The notes: generated by a model from the letters alone, not told the origin. Shown: positions 44,564 through 54,270, counted from the stretch's first letter. The stretch: 64,000 nt of DNA from an uncultured virus (IMG/VR IMGVR_UViG_3300008113_011796) (IMGVR_UViG_3300008113_011796); one strand, 5' to 3'. Translations and numbers: made by a program.

Positions 44564-47338
44564 TCACAGACCGTAGGTCGAACGGTTGGCGTCGAAGTTC
44601 TGTGCAACCTGTATGTCGGTAAGTGCCGTGCTGTAGAGCCTTACTATTCCTATGCTGCCGTTGAAGTACTGTGAGAACTCGCCGTTGTTGTATGATCCGA
44701 TGTAGAGGTTAGTAGTGGTGTTCAGAAGGTTCCCTATCGTGCAGGAGACCGAAGCCACGAGCTCGCCGTTTATGTAGGTCTTCAGAGTGTCTCCGCTGTT
44801 GGAGTAGACGTACAGCGCCTGGTACCAGGTGCCGGCAGCCACGGTATAGTTTCCGGAGTTGGCGTAGTGGGTGTTCAGTACTCCTCCGAGCCCGTTCCCT
44901 ATCTGCGCGAAGAGGTTTGAGCCGGATACCCTTATTGAGTATGACACGTCCTGAGATAGGCCACCAGGGTCGAACTTGCCGAGTATGACCTTCGATCCGG
45001 TCACGTTCGCGAGTTTGAACCAGGCCTCCATCGTCCAGTTTCCGGAGTCTGGCTCAAGTAGTGAGTTGTCGTTTACTGATATCTGTGAGGTGCTGCCGTT
45101 GAAGACGAGGGCCGGTGAGGCGAAGGTCAGGTTGGAGAGAGTTCCGTCGAGAGAGTTTCCGGAAAGGTCGTAAATGGTGTTTCCTGATCTTGGATAAGAC
45201 GTCATTCTTATCGGGTCCAGGTGTAGCGCTAGGTTGTTTGCGACCGGTTTGGATTTTCTGATGAACCTCGGATACAGCTGGTTGTAGGTCTGCCTTATCT
45301 CTCTCGCCGAGAGCTTTCGTTCGTAGAGGTAAAGGTTCGCCACGTGTCCGAAGCCTTGTCCGATTATGCCGCCCCAGGCCCAGTGCGTGTTTCCTCCGGC
45401 GCCGTATGCGACTGTGCCGACCTCGTCCTCGTTTATGTAGAAAGTGCTGGTCGAGGCGTCGCCTACCACTGTGAACTGCACCCACCTCTCCTTGATTGTA
45501 GTTGCGTCGTAACCGCTGTCGTAGAATTGGTCGTTCTGGTTGTCGTAGAAGCCGAGGTTGTCGGTCCCAATCTGTACTATTATTGGGTGGTCGGATGACC
45601 ATGACCTTAGAAGCGTTCTCCAACCGGAGTTGCTGGCCTGCAGCCTCGCCCATGTTATGTAGGTGTATCCAGTGGTCGGTAGTGTCGGCCCGGTGCCCTG
45701 TGGCACGGTGATTGACGAGGTCGCGTTAGTGCAGTCGAAGCACCTCACGCCGTTCAGTATCGTGAAGGTCGAGTCGGTCAGTGTGTGCGTGTATGATCCG
45801 CTAACGAGGTTGTTGACCGACGTTCCGGAACCAGAATAACTTGCAACGTCGTTGGCGTCCAACTCTATGACCAGTCCGTTGTTCGGTGCGTCAAAGTACC
45901 TCGTACTGTAGTAGTCGTAGACCTGGTCTATCTCTGCGTCTGTTAGCGCGCGGTCGTATATCAGTAGTGTGCCGATGTATCTTTCGGTGTACGCGTCGGC
46001 TGCCCAGTTGCTCCTGCCTACGTAGTTGAGGTTCCTCGTCACGTTCTGCGGTAGTGCGGTGCTGGATCCCGTCGTGGAGGCCGTTCCGTTGAACAGCGTG
46101 TAGGTAGAGCCGTTGGCCTTGAACCCGTAGAAGCCCCAGGCTTCGTTCGTGATACCGCTTGTAAGGTCCACGCTGAGCGCGATTGAGTTTCCGTTGTATA
46201 TCTCGAATGTGAGCGTGTTGTTTGTTGCCTCTCTGGCCAGCAGGAAGTTGTCGTCGCCCTGTCCCTGCCCGAAGTCTATTATCCTTTCCCAGTTGCTTGC
46301 GACGCCTAAGTCGGCGATTGAGATGACCGTTATGCCCGATGTGAAGTCCGCGAAACCGGAAGGCGCGGTGAAGTGCTGGTTCGTTCCGTTCAGAGTGAAG
46401 TAGCCACCAGAGTAGGTTCCGTAGGAGTTGAACGTAGGTGTGTTCACGAGTGTCAGTGAGTTGGAGTTCCCGCTGAGGTCGGTCCACGTCGTCCCGGTCC
46501 CTGGGTAGCTCGAGTCGTCCACGTGTAGTATCAGTCCAGTCTGTGGAACCTCGGTGTAGTTGGCGGACTGTGCGTTGTAGTTCGCGAGTACCTCTGCCGT
46601 TGTCAGTGCCACGTTGTAGACGTGCATCGCGCCGAGCCTGAAGGCGCCTCTGGGGCCTTGGCCGACACCGCCAGGCGCAGTCACCATGTTCGTCGAAGTC
46701 GGATAGCCCACGTAGAGGTGCATGTCGTAGTTCCCGAAGTTGTACGGCGACTGCCTTTCTAACGCGTAAGTTCCTTCTAGGTTTCCGTTGACGTAGCCTC
46801 TCAGGTTGGTTCCGTCGTAGGTGTAGCCGACGTAGTGCCATTCGTTGAGTGGATAAGTGTTCGCTGACATTATCTGTTCCGTACCCATTATCGAGTACGG
46901 CCACACGCTGAATAGGTACTTGTTGGAGGAATCCCTCTGTATCTGGGCGTCGAACCATAATGAGTCGGGCGTCGTCGTTCCCTGCTCGCAAAGTATTATT
47001 CCGTTAGATGTTGGGTATACCCAGAGAAAGACGGATAGGTTGTCTCCTACGTCAGTCGGCGACATCATTGGGTTCAGGTCCGCGGTTCTGATGTACTCTG
47101 TCGTTGATCCCTGCAGGGAAACGTAGCCGTTCCCGTAAGAAAGTGAGCCGACTATAAAGCCGTCGGTCGCGTTGTCGGATAGGTCAGTCGCGACCGAATA
47201 GGTGCTGCCCTCCCAGGACCCGCCGTCGAACTCGAACCGGTTGATTAGGTTGGCGGTCTTGAAACCTGTGATTATGTCGTTTATCTTCCTGAACAGTTTG
47301 CCGAGAGGACCAGAAAACGATGATACCCTACCTAACAT
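44564..47338 (-). CDS. 924-aa protein of four tandem LamG/ConA-like modules (virion decoration/fibre)
   Basis: Repeated 'GL.L.LD...SYPG.G..W.DLSGN', 'W.YV.YTYDG', 'YDRALT..EI.Q.Y' units. Confidence 0.85.
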   Translation of the reverse strand: MLGRVSSFSGPLGKLFRKINDIITGFKTANLINRFEFDGGSWEGSTYSVATDLSDNATDGFIVGSLSYGNGYVSLQGSTTEYIRTADLNPMMSPTDVGDNLSVFLWVYPTSNGIILCEQGTTTPDSLWFDAQIQRDSSNKYLFSVWPYSIMGTEQIMSANTYPLNEWHYVGYTYDGTNLRGYVNGNLEGTYALERQSPYNFGNYDMHLYVGYPTSTNMVTAPGGVGQGPRGAFRLGAMHVYNVALTTAEVLANYNAQSANYTEVPQTGLILHVDDSSYPGTGTTWTDLSGNSNSLTLVNTPTFNSYGTYSGGYFTLNGTNQHFTAPSGFADFTSGITVISIADLGVASNWERIIDFGQGQGDDNFLLAREATNNTLTFEIYNGNSIALSVDLTSGITNEAWGFYGFKANGSTYTLFNGTASTTGSSTALPQNVTRNLNYVGRSNWAADAYTERYIGTLLIYDRALTDAEIDQVYDYYSTRYFDAPNNGLVIELDANDVASYSGSGTSVNNLVSGSYTHTLTDSTFTILNGVRCFDCTNATSSITVPQGTGPTLPTTGYTYITWARLQASNSGWRTLLRSWSSDHPIIVQIGTDNLGFYDNQNDQFYDSGYDATTIKERWVQFTVVGDASTSTFYINEDEVGTVAYGAGGNTHWAWGGIIGQGFGHVANLYLYERKLSAREIRQTYNQLYPRFIRKSKPVANNLALHLDPIRMTSYPRSGNTIYDLSGNSLDGTLSNLTFASPALVFNGSTSQISVNDNSLLEPDSGNWTMEAWFKLANVTGSKVILGKFDPGGLSQDVSYSIRVSGSNLFAQIGNGLGGVLNTHYANSGNYTVAAGTWYQALYVYSNSGDTLKTYINGELVASVSCTIGNLLNTTTNLYIGSYNNGEFSQYFNGSIGIVRLYSTALTDIQVAQNFDANRSTYGL

Positions 47339-48068
47339 TTCTTTTGAAGTAATCTTTGAATTTCTCGACGGATTCCTTCAGCGTTGCAAGAATGCCGAAG
47401 TCTTTCGTGAACGAGCCGAATTCTTTTTTGTAGCCGTCCTTCGTCTCGTCTTTTGCGTCTTTCAGGTACTGCCAGCTGAAGCTGAGTTGTTTCGGTGTGT
47501 TGAAGCCAAAGAACCTGAGAACTTCCTTCTCTAATTCAACCGACTCTTTGCCGTTCCAGTTGTGCCCGACCGCTATGACTCCGGCCTCTTTGTCCTTCAG
47601 GAGGTTGCTCTCGCCGAGCGTCGTGTGCCTGTTCTCGAGCCACGTAAGCCTCTCGATGAGGTTAGCGTAGATGGCGTTCATCTTTCCCCATCTTATCGAT
47701 CCGAAGAAAAGAACTACGTCCGCGTCGAGTATGGCGTTGGCCACCGTGTGCATCTCGTCCGACGAGTTGTTCACCGATGCCCAGCACCTCACCTCGCCGG
47801 TCGGGTTCTTCTTCCTGTCCTTCAGGACCGCGTCCTTTAGGCCGCAGGTGTTTCCGCCGTGTGTGGAGACGTTTCCCTCGCACGGGAATATCCTCAGCTT
47901 AGACACGTTTATGACCTGCGACGACTTTATTTCCTTGGCGATCTGTGCCGCCAATATGGACGACTTTGGCTGCTCCTTCTGGCCTTCCCACCTGTTGGAA
48001 GTGGTCAGTAGAAGTACCTTGCAGTCTTTATTGTTCAGGTAGCTTATGAGGTTCTCGAGTTCTTTCAT
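47328..48068 (-). CDS. Flavodoxin-like NAD(P)H-dependent FMN reductase/iron-sulfur flavoprotein-like
   Basis: 'LLLTTSNR', 'IFPCEGNVS...C...C', 'DADVVLFFGSIRWG', 'LIERL'. Confidence 0.8.
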   Translation of the reverse strand: MKELENLISYLNNKDCKVLLLTTSNRWEGQKEQPKSSILAAQIAKEIKSSQVINVSKLRIFPCEGNVSTHGGNTCGLKDAVLKDRKKNPTGEVRCWASVNNSSDEMHTVANAILDADVVLFFGSIRWGKMNAIYANLIERLTWLENRHTTLGESNLLKDKEAGVIAVGHNWNGKESVELEKEVLRFFGFNTPKQLSFSWQYLKDAKDETKDGYKKEFGSFTKDFGILATLKESVEKFKDYFKRNVR

Positions 48069-48072
48069 AGAA

Positions 48073-48975
48073 CTATATATTCGCCTTCTCTATTTGTAAA
48101 AGTTTATGTCGGGGTTCATGCTTTCCGGTATGGCGGAAGGCGGGACGGTGAACCTCTTGAACTTCCAGTGCAGCGCCTCCCACTGCTTTATCTCCGAGTC
48201 GAGTGTGGTCAGTTCGTTTCCTTTCCAGTTGTGAGATCCTGCCTTCTATCTCCAGGCTTTTCTCGTCGACGGCCCTGGCCCTTTCGTCGAGCTCGCCCTC
48301 GCGTCTCGTTATGGAATCGCTCTCCTCGGTCAGCCTGGCCTGTATCTCGGCATACTTGGCGTCTATCTCCTCGTGCGACTTCATCGAGTTCAGCTCTGCG
48401 TTCCTTTCCTTCTCGTCCAGCTTTCGGTCCCTTCCCTCGAGGTCGAACTCCTTCTCTATTAGTGATTTTGATTTTTGCTTCACCGTCTCCTCTCGCTTCT
48501 CCAGGCTGGTGATGTCCTCTTTCAGGTTGCTCTCCCTCTTGGCGACCCTTACCTCCCTGGCTTCTAGCTCCTCCTCCTTCTGCTCGGTGAGTATCGACCT
48601 CTTCTCTACCTCTGCCTCTCTCTTGAACAGCTCAGTCTCCTTGGTGATTAGCTCCTGCGTGGTCTGCGCGTCGGGTGCCGCCTGGTTGGCGAACGACGAG
48701 AGTATCATATCCTCGATGAAAGGTATGAGCTTCTTGCCGAGCTGCGCTGGCTGTGGCATCTTGTTCACCCTCATGAACGAGAGAAGCTCTGTCTTCCAGT
48801 CTACGACCTCGAAGAACTCTGGGTTGTTGTCGACTATGTCCCTGTCGATTGGAATCACCTCGTTCTTTACCTTGTGGTTGTACTCCTCCAGTATCGTGCC
48901 GGCCTTCAGTATGAAAATCTTCTTGTCGGGCGAGATGAACTGGAAGTCGTTAAGTAGCTTGTGCTTTACTTTCAT
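48073..48975 (-). CDS. Coiled-coil hypothetical protein, probable frameshift near 48220
   Basis: Long E/K/R heptad region. After 'QLERK' the +1 frame (NELTTLDSEIKQWEALHWKFKRFTVPPSAIPE...) has typical codon usage. Confidence 0.7.
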   Translation of the reverse strand: MKVKHKLLNDFQFISPDKKIFILKAGTILEEYNHKVKNEVIPIDRDIVDNNPEFFEVVDWKTELLSFMRVNKMPQPAQLGKKLIPFIEDMILSSFANQAAPDAQTTQELITKETELFKREAEVEKRSILTEQKEEELEAREVRVAKRESNLKEDITSLEKREETVKQKSKSLIEKEFDLEGRDRKLDEKERNAELNSMKSHEEIDAKYAEIQARLTEESDSITRREGELDERARAVDEKSLEIEGRISQLERKRTDHTRLGDKAVGGAALEVQEVHRPAFRHTGKHEPRHKLLQIEKANI

Positions 48976-49051
48976 GTTGAAAATTTTGGTTTTTTTCGTG
49001 TTTCTTTATATATTAGTGCTAAACTCTTCCACCGCGAACGACAATAACATT

Positions 49052-49261
49052 ATGCGAAAAGGAGACAAGCTAATCTGTACCAAGGAGGTACGCAACTTTC
49101 TCGGTGGTATTCTTTTCGAGAAAGGAAAAGAATACCAGGTGCTCTACGTGGACCACAACGACGTGAAGGTCATGGTCTGCCTGAACCACACGCTCTACGG
49201 GAACGAGTACAACTCCTTCTCGATCGAGTGGGTAAGGGAGCGTTTCGTGCACAAAAAATAG
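49052..49261 (+). CDS. Small SH3-like hypothetical protein
   Basis: MRKGDKLICTKEV...FEKGKEYQVL, similar layout to 23990..24244. Confidence 0.7.
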   Translation: MRKGDKLICTKEVRNFLGGILFEKGKEYQVLYVDHNDVKVMVCLNHTLYGNEYNSFSIEWVRERFVHKK

Positions 49262-49270
49262 TGCCTATGT

Positions 49271-49501
49271 TTGGAGGATACATTGAAAGGCGAGGCGATT
49301 TGCCTGAGGACCTACTTCTGCGACAAGCTTGACGGCGAAGTCAGGTTCAAGAGAGGCGACCGCGTAGGATACTTCGAGTTGGAGGGATTTATAATAATAA
49401 CGGTTGACGACTACCTTCCCGTTTCCAGGACACTTTTCTTTCGGCACTTCGCCGACGTGTCGGACTGGAGGGAAGAGAGGATCAACGAGATACTTGACTG
49501 A
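49271..49501 (+). CDS. Small hypothetical protein with C-terminal tag (REERINEILD)
   Basis: TTG start (49271 or 49283), TATGTTTG at 49266-49273. Confidence 0.7.
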   Translation: MEDTLKGEAICLRTYFCDKLDGEVRFKRGDRVGYFELEGFIIITVDDYLPVSRTLFFRHFADVSDWREERINEILD

Positions 49502-49502
49502 T

Positions 49503-50174
49503 ATGAACTATGAGTTTTTGAGCGTGGACGAAATGGTTGCTGCCGTTTCGGAGACGCTTTCCTTCGTGTGTAAGGGCATAACGAACACTGTTTACGTAAA
49601 GACGCTCAGGTTCTACGACCGTGAGCTTATCGTCATTGGTCGAGAGAAGGCGATTGCGAAGCGTGTCTTGTATGTACCGGATCAGTCCGCCGGTAAGGTC
49701 ACACGAATGAGAAGGGTTAATATAGGAGAGGAGTACGACCGCGACGTCAAGTGCTGGAGGAAGATCATCCCGAATCAGGAGATCTACAGCGCAGGGTATA
49801 TGGACGTTAGCACGACCAAGTCGCTCAACTTCGGGTACTACACCAAGACCACGAAGACTGACCACGTCGGCATCGGCATCTGGTCCGCCAGCTATGGCAT
49901 ACAGAAGGACCAGTTGAAGATGGCGCTCTCCGAGTTTATCGGCAGACTATCGAAGAACAAAAGGAAGGCGCTCAGCAGGGCGATCGTCAAATACCAGGAC
50001 AGTTTAGAGCTATTCAAGATGCTGTGTAAGATATTCCGTATAACGGTGCCCGTCGAGGTCGGCCAGAAGCGCGTCGAGATGTCTTTCTACGGCGTCGAGC
50101 CGATACCGACCAAGGGGGAGGAAAGGGACAGGATAATATCGGACCTGATAAGTTCGAAGCGAATAATAGAGTGA
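49503..50174 (+). CDS. Hypothetical protein with C-terminal tag (RDRIISDLIS)
   Basis: ATG 49503 immediately after the upstream stop. Confidence 0.75.
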   Translation: MNYEFLSVDEMVAAVSETLSFVCKGITNTVYVKTLRFYDRELIVIGREKAIAKRVLYVPDQSAGKVTRMRRVNIGEEYDRDVKCWRKIIPNQEIYSAGYMDVSTTKSLNFGYYTKTTKTDHVGIGIWSASYGIQKDQLKMALSEFIGRLSKNKRKALSRAIVKYQDSLELFKMLCKIFRITVPVEVGQKRVEMSFYGVEPIPTKGEERDRIISDLISSKRIIE

Positions 50175-50175
50175 T

Positions 50176-50952
50176 ATGATAACAAAGGGAAAATTGAGGA
50201 TGTCCGACTCGTTCATCTTCGGGTGGAACAGCAGGCTTTACGATATTGACAAAATCTACGGTAGTCGGGATACCACTTTCATGGTGTCGGCGGTTTACAC
50301 CAACGACACCGGCATCGACGTGAAGATAAGGCCGGTCGTCGGCCATTCTATGGGGCATTCTACGGTCTCGAACGAAGATTTGATGTTGGATCCGCCAGTC
50401 GGCTACAGGCTGACCTTCTCGGTGGCCAAGTCGTGCACCGATGAGTTCGAGGAGATACTCGAGACTTTGATGACCAAAAATTTTGACAACCACGTCTGGA
50501 AGACTTCAAAGAACAAAGAGAAGGTGAAGGTCGATCCTAACACTATATCAAAGTCACAGTCGATACACAGGATAGGCAAGGTGGACTACGTCAGGTATGA
50601 GTGGACGATGAGGTCCTGCATGTCCGAGGTTATGGCTGCCTGCTACGTGGTGGAGAGCGCGGTCGAGATATTCGGCAAGTGTTGGGGTGTAACGGAGGAC
50701 GGCGAGAAGGTCTGCCTTATGAAGTTCCCGGTCGGCAGCATGGTCAACCTCGAGGGTAACAAATCCGAGGACTGGCTCGTCCTCGACTGGGGCTTCGACC
50801 TGCTCAGTCCGAGTTTCCACCACGACTACGAGGTTGTGTCGATGACTGAGAAGCCCGGTTCTGCCGTTGTGAGCTATGACAAAAGACAGCTCGTGTCTGA
50901 GCACAGGATCTCCTGGTCCAGGAACGGGAGGATTGACGACATATTGGAATGA
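50176..50952 (+). CDS. Hypothetical protein with C-terminal tag (RNGRIDDILE)
   Basis: 258-aa coupled ORF. Confidence 0.8.
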   Translation: MITKGKLRMSDSFIFGWNSRLYDIDKIYGSRDTTFMVSAVYTNDTGIDVKIRPVVGHSMGHSTVSNEDLMLDPPVGYRLTFSVAKSCTDEFEEILETLMTKNFDNHVWKTSKNKEKVKVDPNTISKSQSIHRIGKVDYVRYEWTMRSCMSEVMAACYVVESAVEIFGKCWGVTEDGEKVCLMKFPVGSMVNLEGNKSEDWLVLDWGFDLLSPSFHHDYEVVSMTEKPGSAVVSYDKRQLVSEHRISWSRNGRIDDILE

Positions 50953-50955
50953 GTA

Positions 50956-51159
50956 ATGAATGCCTACGACAGTGACAAGCTGACCACCGACCGCGTGACC
51001 GAGGAACTGATCTATGACGGTGTACGTCTTGGCATCACGATGGAACAGCTAGGTGAGTGGAGGATAATGACCGGCCTGGATCCCTCCCGTATGCTGATGG
51101 AGGCCTATCGGTCTAGGCTGGCGGAGAGACGCGATGGTAGGATTGACGAGATACTGTAA
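50956..51159 (+). CDS. Small protein with C-terminal tag (RDGRIDEIL)
   Basis: 67-aa coupled ORF. Confidence 0.75.
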   Translation: MNAYDSDKLTTDRVTEELIYDGVRLGITMEQLGEWRIMTGLDPSRMLMEAYRSRLAERRDGRIDEIL

Positions 51160-51176
51160 ATTTTATATATTCGCTT

Positions 51177-51677
51177 ATGAGGAAGTGGAACGATTTCGAG
51201 CTGGCCGACTATCTACGTGACGAGAGGAGCGATTGCTATTACTTCTGGTTCAGGGGTAAGATTACTAGGAAGATGGACAGGCTGACCGAGCAGGTATACG
51301 AGCAGAGCCTAGCCGGGAAGTGCGAGTGGAACGGCATCAGGCACATGAACGCGTTCAACACGGTTTTCGGAATATTCGTAATAAAATATACTATGGGTGG
51401 AAAATGGAACGGTCAGAGTAAGGCCGAGTACGACAAGAACTACAAAAGGATAAGCGACATCGTCGCCAAGTCCGACGACATCGAGAAGCAGGAGAAGCTC
51501 GCCAGAGCGCAGGCCAACAAGATTGTCGACGAGTGGAAGGCCATAAACCGTGCTATGGCAGCGAAGGAGATGGGTCACGAGCACCTGTTCGAGGTTTTCT
51601 TCCAGAGGGCATACGAGCTGGGTAGTGTCACGAAGCAGGAGTACAGGGAATACCAAATGCAGAAGCTTGGCATATGA
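51177..51677 (+). CDS. Hypothetical protein with C-terminal tag (REYQMQKLGI)
   Basis: TATATTCG box upstream. A possible internal start at MGGKWNG. Confidence 0.75.
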   Translation: MRKWNDFELADYLRDERSDCYYFWFRGKITRKMDRLTEQVYEQSLAGKCEWNGIRHMNAFNTVFGIFVIKYTMGGKWNGQSKAEYDKNYKRISDIVAKSDDIEKQEKLARAQANKIVDEWKAINRAMAAKEMGHEHLFEVFFQRAYELGSVTKQEYREYQMQKLGI

Positions 51678-51829
51678 TGGTAATGTACAACATACTGGCG
51701 GTGCTGTTTATCGCGCTTGTTGTCAAGCTTGGTATAACCTACACCGACTACGAGGAGTACTTCGTGATGATTGGCGTTCTGGATGTGCTCTACTTTATTG
51801 TAATACTTTTTTATATGATGTTGGCTTAA
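51674..51829 (+). CDS. 51-aa two-TM membrane peptide (not in ORF track)
   Basis: MMVMYNILAVLFIALVVKLGITYTDYEEYFVMIGVLDVLYFIVILFYMMLA, ATGA-coupled. Confidence 0.6.
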   Translation: MMVMYNILAVLFIALVVKLGITYTDYEEYFVMIGVLDVLYFIVILFYMMLA

Positions 51830-51860
51830 ACATAGCCGGCGTCGTTCTTATATAAACAAC

Positions 51861-52247
51861 ATGGAAGAAACTACAGAGAAAAAGAAGTTTTCGGTCTCGG
51901 ACGAGTTTGTCGAGACTTACAAATACCTGAACGCGGGTGATATGACATCGGTCATCGCTAACCTGAGCGTGCTTGAGAGGTACGCACTTGTTGCCCTGTC
52001 GTTGGACAACCACGACATAAAAAACCACTTCGTTAGGCATAACCTGCTACCGTTGAAGGATATCGGTCAGGCGATATACGACGCGATGGAAGAGCTAGGT
52101 ACGGACGAGGTAATTGATCGGCTTATCGAGCTCACCGGTGACAAGTACGTGGACCTAAGCGTCCTCGTGGACGGTTCCGGGAACGAGATGCCAGCGCCGG
52201 CGAACGACGCCGAGGTTAGGGACTATAAATTGAGATTTATTGACTGA
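51861..52247 (+). CDS. Hypothetical protein with C-terminal tag (RDYKLRFID)
   Basis: 128-aa ORF. Confidence 0.75.
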   Translation: MEETTEKKKFSVSDEFVETYKYLNAGDMTSVIANLSVLERYALVALSLDNHDIKNHFVRHNLLPLKDIGQAIYDAMEELGTDEVIDRLIELTGDKYVDLSVLVDGSGNEMPAPANDAEVRDYKLRFID

Positions 52248-52717
52248 TGGGAATAGATTATAAGATAAAAAGGTTGAAGGTTAGGTGGCGAAGGTTTAAG
52301 CGTCGCTTTGATAAGGGTCTATACCCTGAGAAGGAACATCGCATATCGCCATACCAGGAGAAGGCCATAAGGCTTTGGAGGATGGTTCTCAAAGATGCCG
52401 ACAGTAAGCTCGGTGTGAGTAGCTATGGTGTGAGGCAGGTCGAGAGGGAGAATTTGGTACTGGTGTTCCAGGACTTCGGATCATCTAACGACGAAACGGT
52501 TCTGACCATAATGGATACGAACGACAACGGCAACAATCTTTACGAGCTGCACATCGGTAAGAGGCACGCTATTCTAGTATGTGAGGCTTTTGACGACGAG
52601 ATGGATAGAAGAATGAACAGAGCTGAGAGTGCCAAAAGGTTGCTCATAGAATCGGACCTGGATCATCTACTGCAGACTCAGGAAGAAAAGATGAAGTCTC
52701 AGAGGGTTTCTAAATAA
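52247..52717 (+). CDS. Hypothetical protein
   Basis: 156 aa, TGATG-coupled. Confidence 0.75.
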   Translation: MGIDYKIKRLKVRWRRFKRRFDKGLYPEKEHRISPYQEKAIRLWRMVLKDADSKLGVSSYGVRQVERENLVLVFQDFGSSNDETVLTIMDTNDNGNNLYELHIGKRHAILVCEAFDDEMDRRMNRAESAKRLLIESDLDHLLQTQEEKMKSQRVSK

Positions 52718-52743
52718 AAAAGGCTGTTTTAGACAGCCTTTTT
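52717..52743. terminator. Bidirectional terminator
   Basis: AAAAAGGCTGT-TTTAG-ACAGCCTTTTT. Confidence 0.85.
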
Positions 52744-52746
52744 CTT

Positions 52747-53778
52747 TTAACGTATCTCAACCAGTTGCTCTGGGTGCATTTCCCAAACGGACTCAACGTA
52801 CATCTGCTGGTCTCCCTCGAAGACACGTATGGCGTCGATATCTCTCTTGACCATGTTCCAGCACCAGCAGTCTGTAGATTCCACTTCGTGCTCGATCACG
52901 TCCACTACCCTTCCCTTCGTCAGAAGCTCTATCCTTCTTTTCTTCGGTGCTTCGTTGTAGTTGTAGGTTATGACGACCCATCTGTCGAGCAGCTCAGTGT
53001 CGTTCTCCATCAACCTGTATATCCTACTTGTACAGCCTTTGAACCTTTGGTCGAGGTTGCTCTGTGATATCTCTGTGTTCCAGACTGTGTCTTTGAAGTA
53101 AAGCCCGATGTCCTTTCCGTTGTGTACCTTCAGGGTTTTTAAGATCGGGTTGATGTTGTGCCTGACGAATTCCTCCACGTTCCTGAATTTGTCTGTAGAC
53201 ATCTGGTTCCTCAGGTATCCGAGGTAGTCTGCCTGGCTTTCTATGTGCATGACGTTGTCCAGGAAGTGCTGTATGTCGCAGTACATGTAGTGGAATGATA
53301 TGTTTGATTCCTTCTCGTTGTCGTTTATGAAGAACAATCCTTTCTTTCCGTCGTTCTGCACGATGCCCGGTATTCTCATCATGTTCTCGAGTGACATATC
53401 GCCCATCAGGTCGTCGACCTCTACCCTGTGGAAGTGCGTGTATCCGTATTCCTTGGCGAGCCTGAGCGACTTGAAAAGGTTTCTAAGCACCGACAACCCG
53501 TGTCTCTGGACGCCGGTGACGACCTCCCAGACGTACATGTTCTCTATCCTGTGGAATAGCTTGATGTCGTCGGCCTTCATCTCCTCGTTGAAAAGGTGGT
53601 TCTCGCTGTCGTATAGGAAATAGTCTACTAGTGAGAGTGTTTTCTTTCCAACCGGAGTGTTCGATACTAGCATCGTCGATGCGCCCTTCGATTTCAGCCT
53701 CGTCAGGCACTCGTTGAGTTTCTTCTCTATCCTCTCGGTCCTCGCGAAGCAGTCAATTATGAATATCGGCCTTGTCAT
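52747..53778 (-). CDS. Hypothetical protein, possibly glycosyltransferase-related
   Basis: 'MLVSNTP...VDYFLYDSEN', 'HGLSVL..L..SL.LAK.YGY.HF..VE.DD'. Confidence 0.65.
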   Translation of the reverse strand: MTRPIFIIDCFARTERIEKKLNECLTRLKSKGASTMLVSNTPVGKKTLSLVDYFLYDSENHLFNEEMKADDIKLFHRIENMYVWEVVTGVQRHGLSVLRNLFKSLRLAKEYGYTHFHRVEVDDLMGDMSLENMMRIPGIVQNDGKKGLFFINDNEKESNISFHYMYCDIQHFLDNVMHIESQADYLGYLRNQMSTDKFRNVEEFVRHNINPILKTLKVHNGKDIGLYFKDTVWNTEISQSNLDQRFKGCTSRIYRLMENDTELLDRWVVITYNYNEAPKKRRIELLTKGRVVDVIEHEVESTDCWCWNMVKRDIDAIRVFEGDQQMYVESVWEMHPEQLVEIR

Positions 53779-53847
53779 AGTTTTCGAATTTTTTTATTAT
53801 ATTTGTTTCCTGCCGTGATTGTTTCGGATGCAATTTTATATAATACT

Positions 53848-54246
53848 ATGAGAAAGTTATTCCTCGACGACATCAGGTCGCCGAAAGACGCGATAGGCCT
53901 TGTTCCTTCGCACATGAACCAGTTCTACTGGTCCAACGACTGGGACGTTGTGAGGAGCCACGACGAGTTCGTCGACTTCATAGAGAAGAACGGTGTTCCC
54001 GACTTCGTCAGCTTCGACCACGACCTGGCGGACGAGCACTACGTGGAGTTTATGAACCTGAGGGACAGGAGCTTCGAGGAGTACGTCCCGATGGAGAAGA
54101 CCGGATACGAGTCGGCGAAGTGGCTAGTAGACCGATGCCTCGATCTTGGCGTGGCGCTGCCGGAGTACCAGGTGCACTCCGCGAACCAGGTAGGCAAGCA
54201 GAACATCGAGTCTTATTTGGAGAACGCGAAAAAACATCTGTTTTGA
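53848..54246 (+). CDS. Cyclic-phosphate-processing receiver-like domain protein
   Basis: 'LFLDDIR', 'VVRSHDEF', 'VSFDHDL', 'TGYESAKWL', 'VHSAN'. TATATTTG at 53798-53805. Confidence 0.82.
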   Translation: MRKLFLDDIRSPKDAIGLVPSHMNQFYWSNDWDVVRSHDEFVDFIEKNGVPDFVSFDHDLADEHYVEFMNLRDRSFEEYVPMEKTGYESAKWLVDRCLDLGVALPEYQVHSANQVGKQNIESYLENAKKHLF

Positions 54247-54270
54247 TGTTGTCGTTATGGGAAAAATCCC

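Noticed and set aside
50915..51159. Similar DNA 'GG(G/T)AGGATTGACGA(C/G)ATA' at the ends of two adjacent genes as a DNA repeat element
   Set aside because: Explained by encoding the same GRID(D/E)IL peptide. Other tag copies differ at the DNA level, so conservation appears to be at protein level.
51674..51829. Holin call for the 2-TM peptide
   Set aside because: No adjacent endolysin or spanin and no charged C-terminal tail. Left as a generic membrane peptide.
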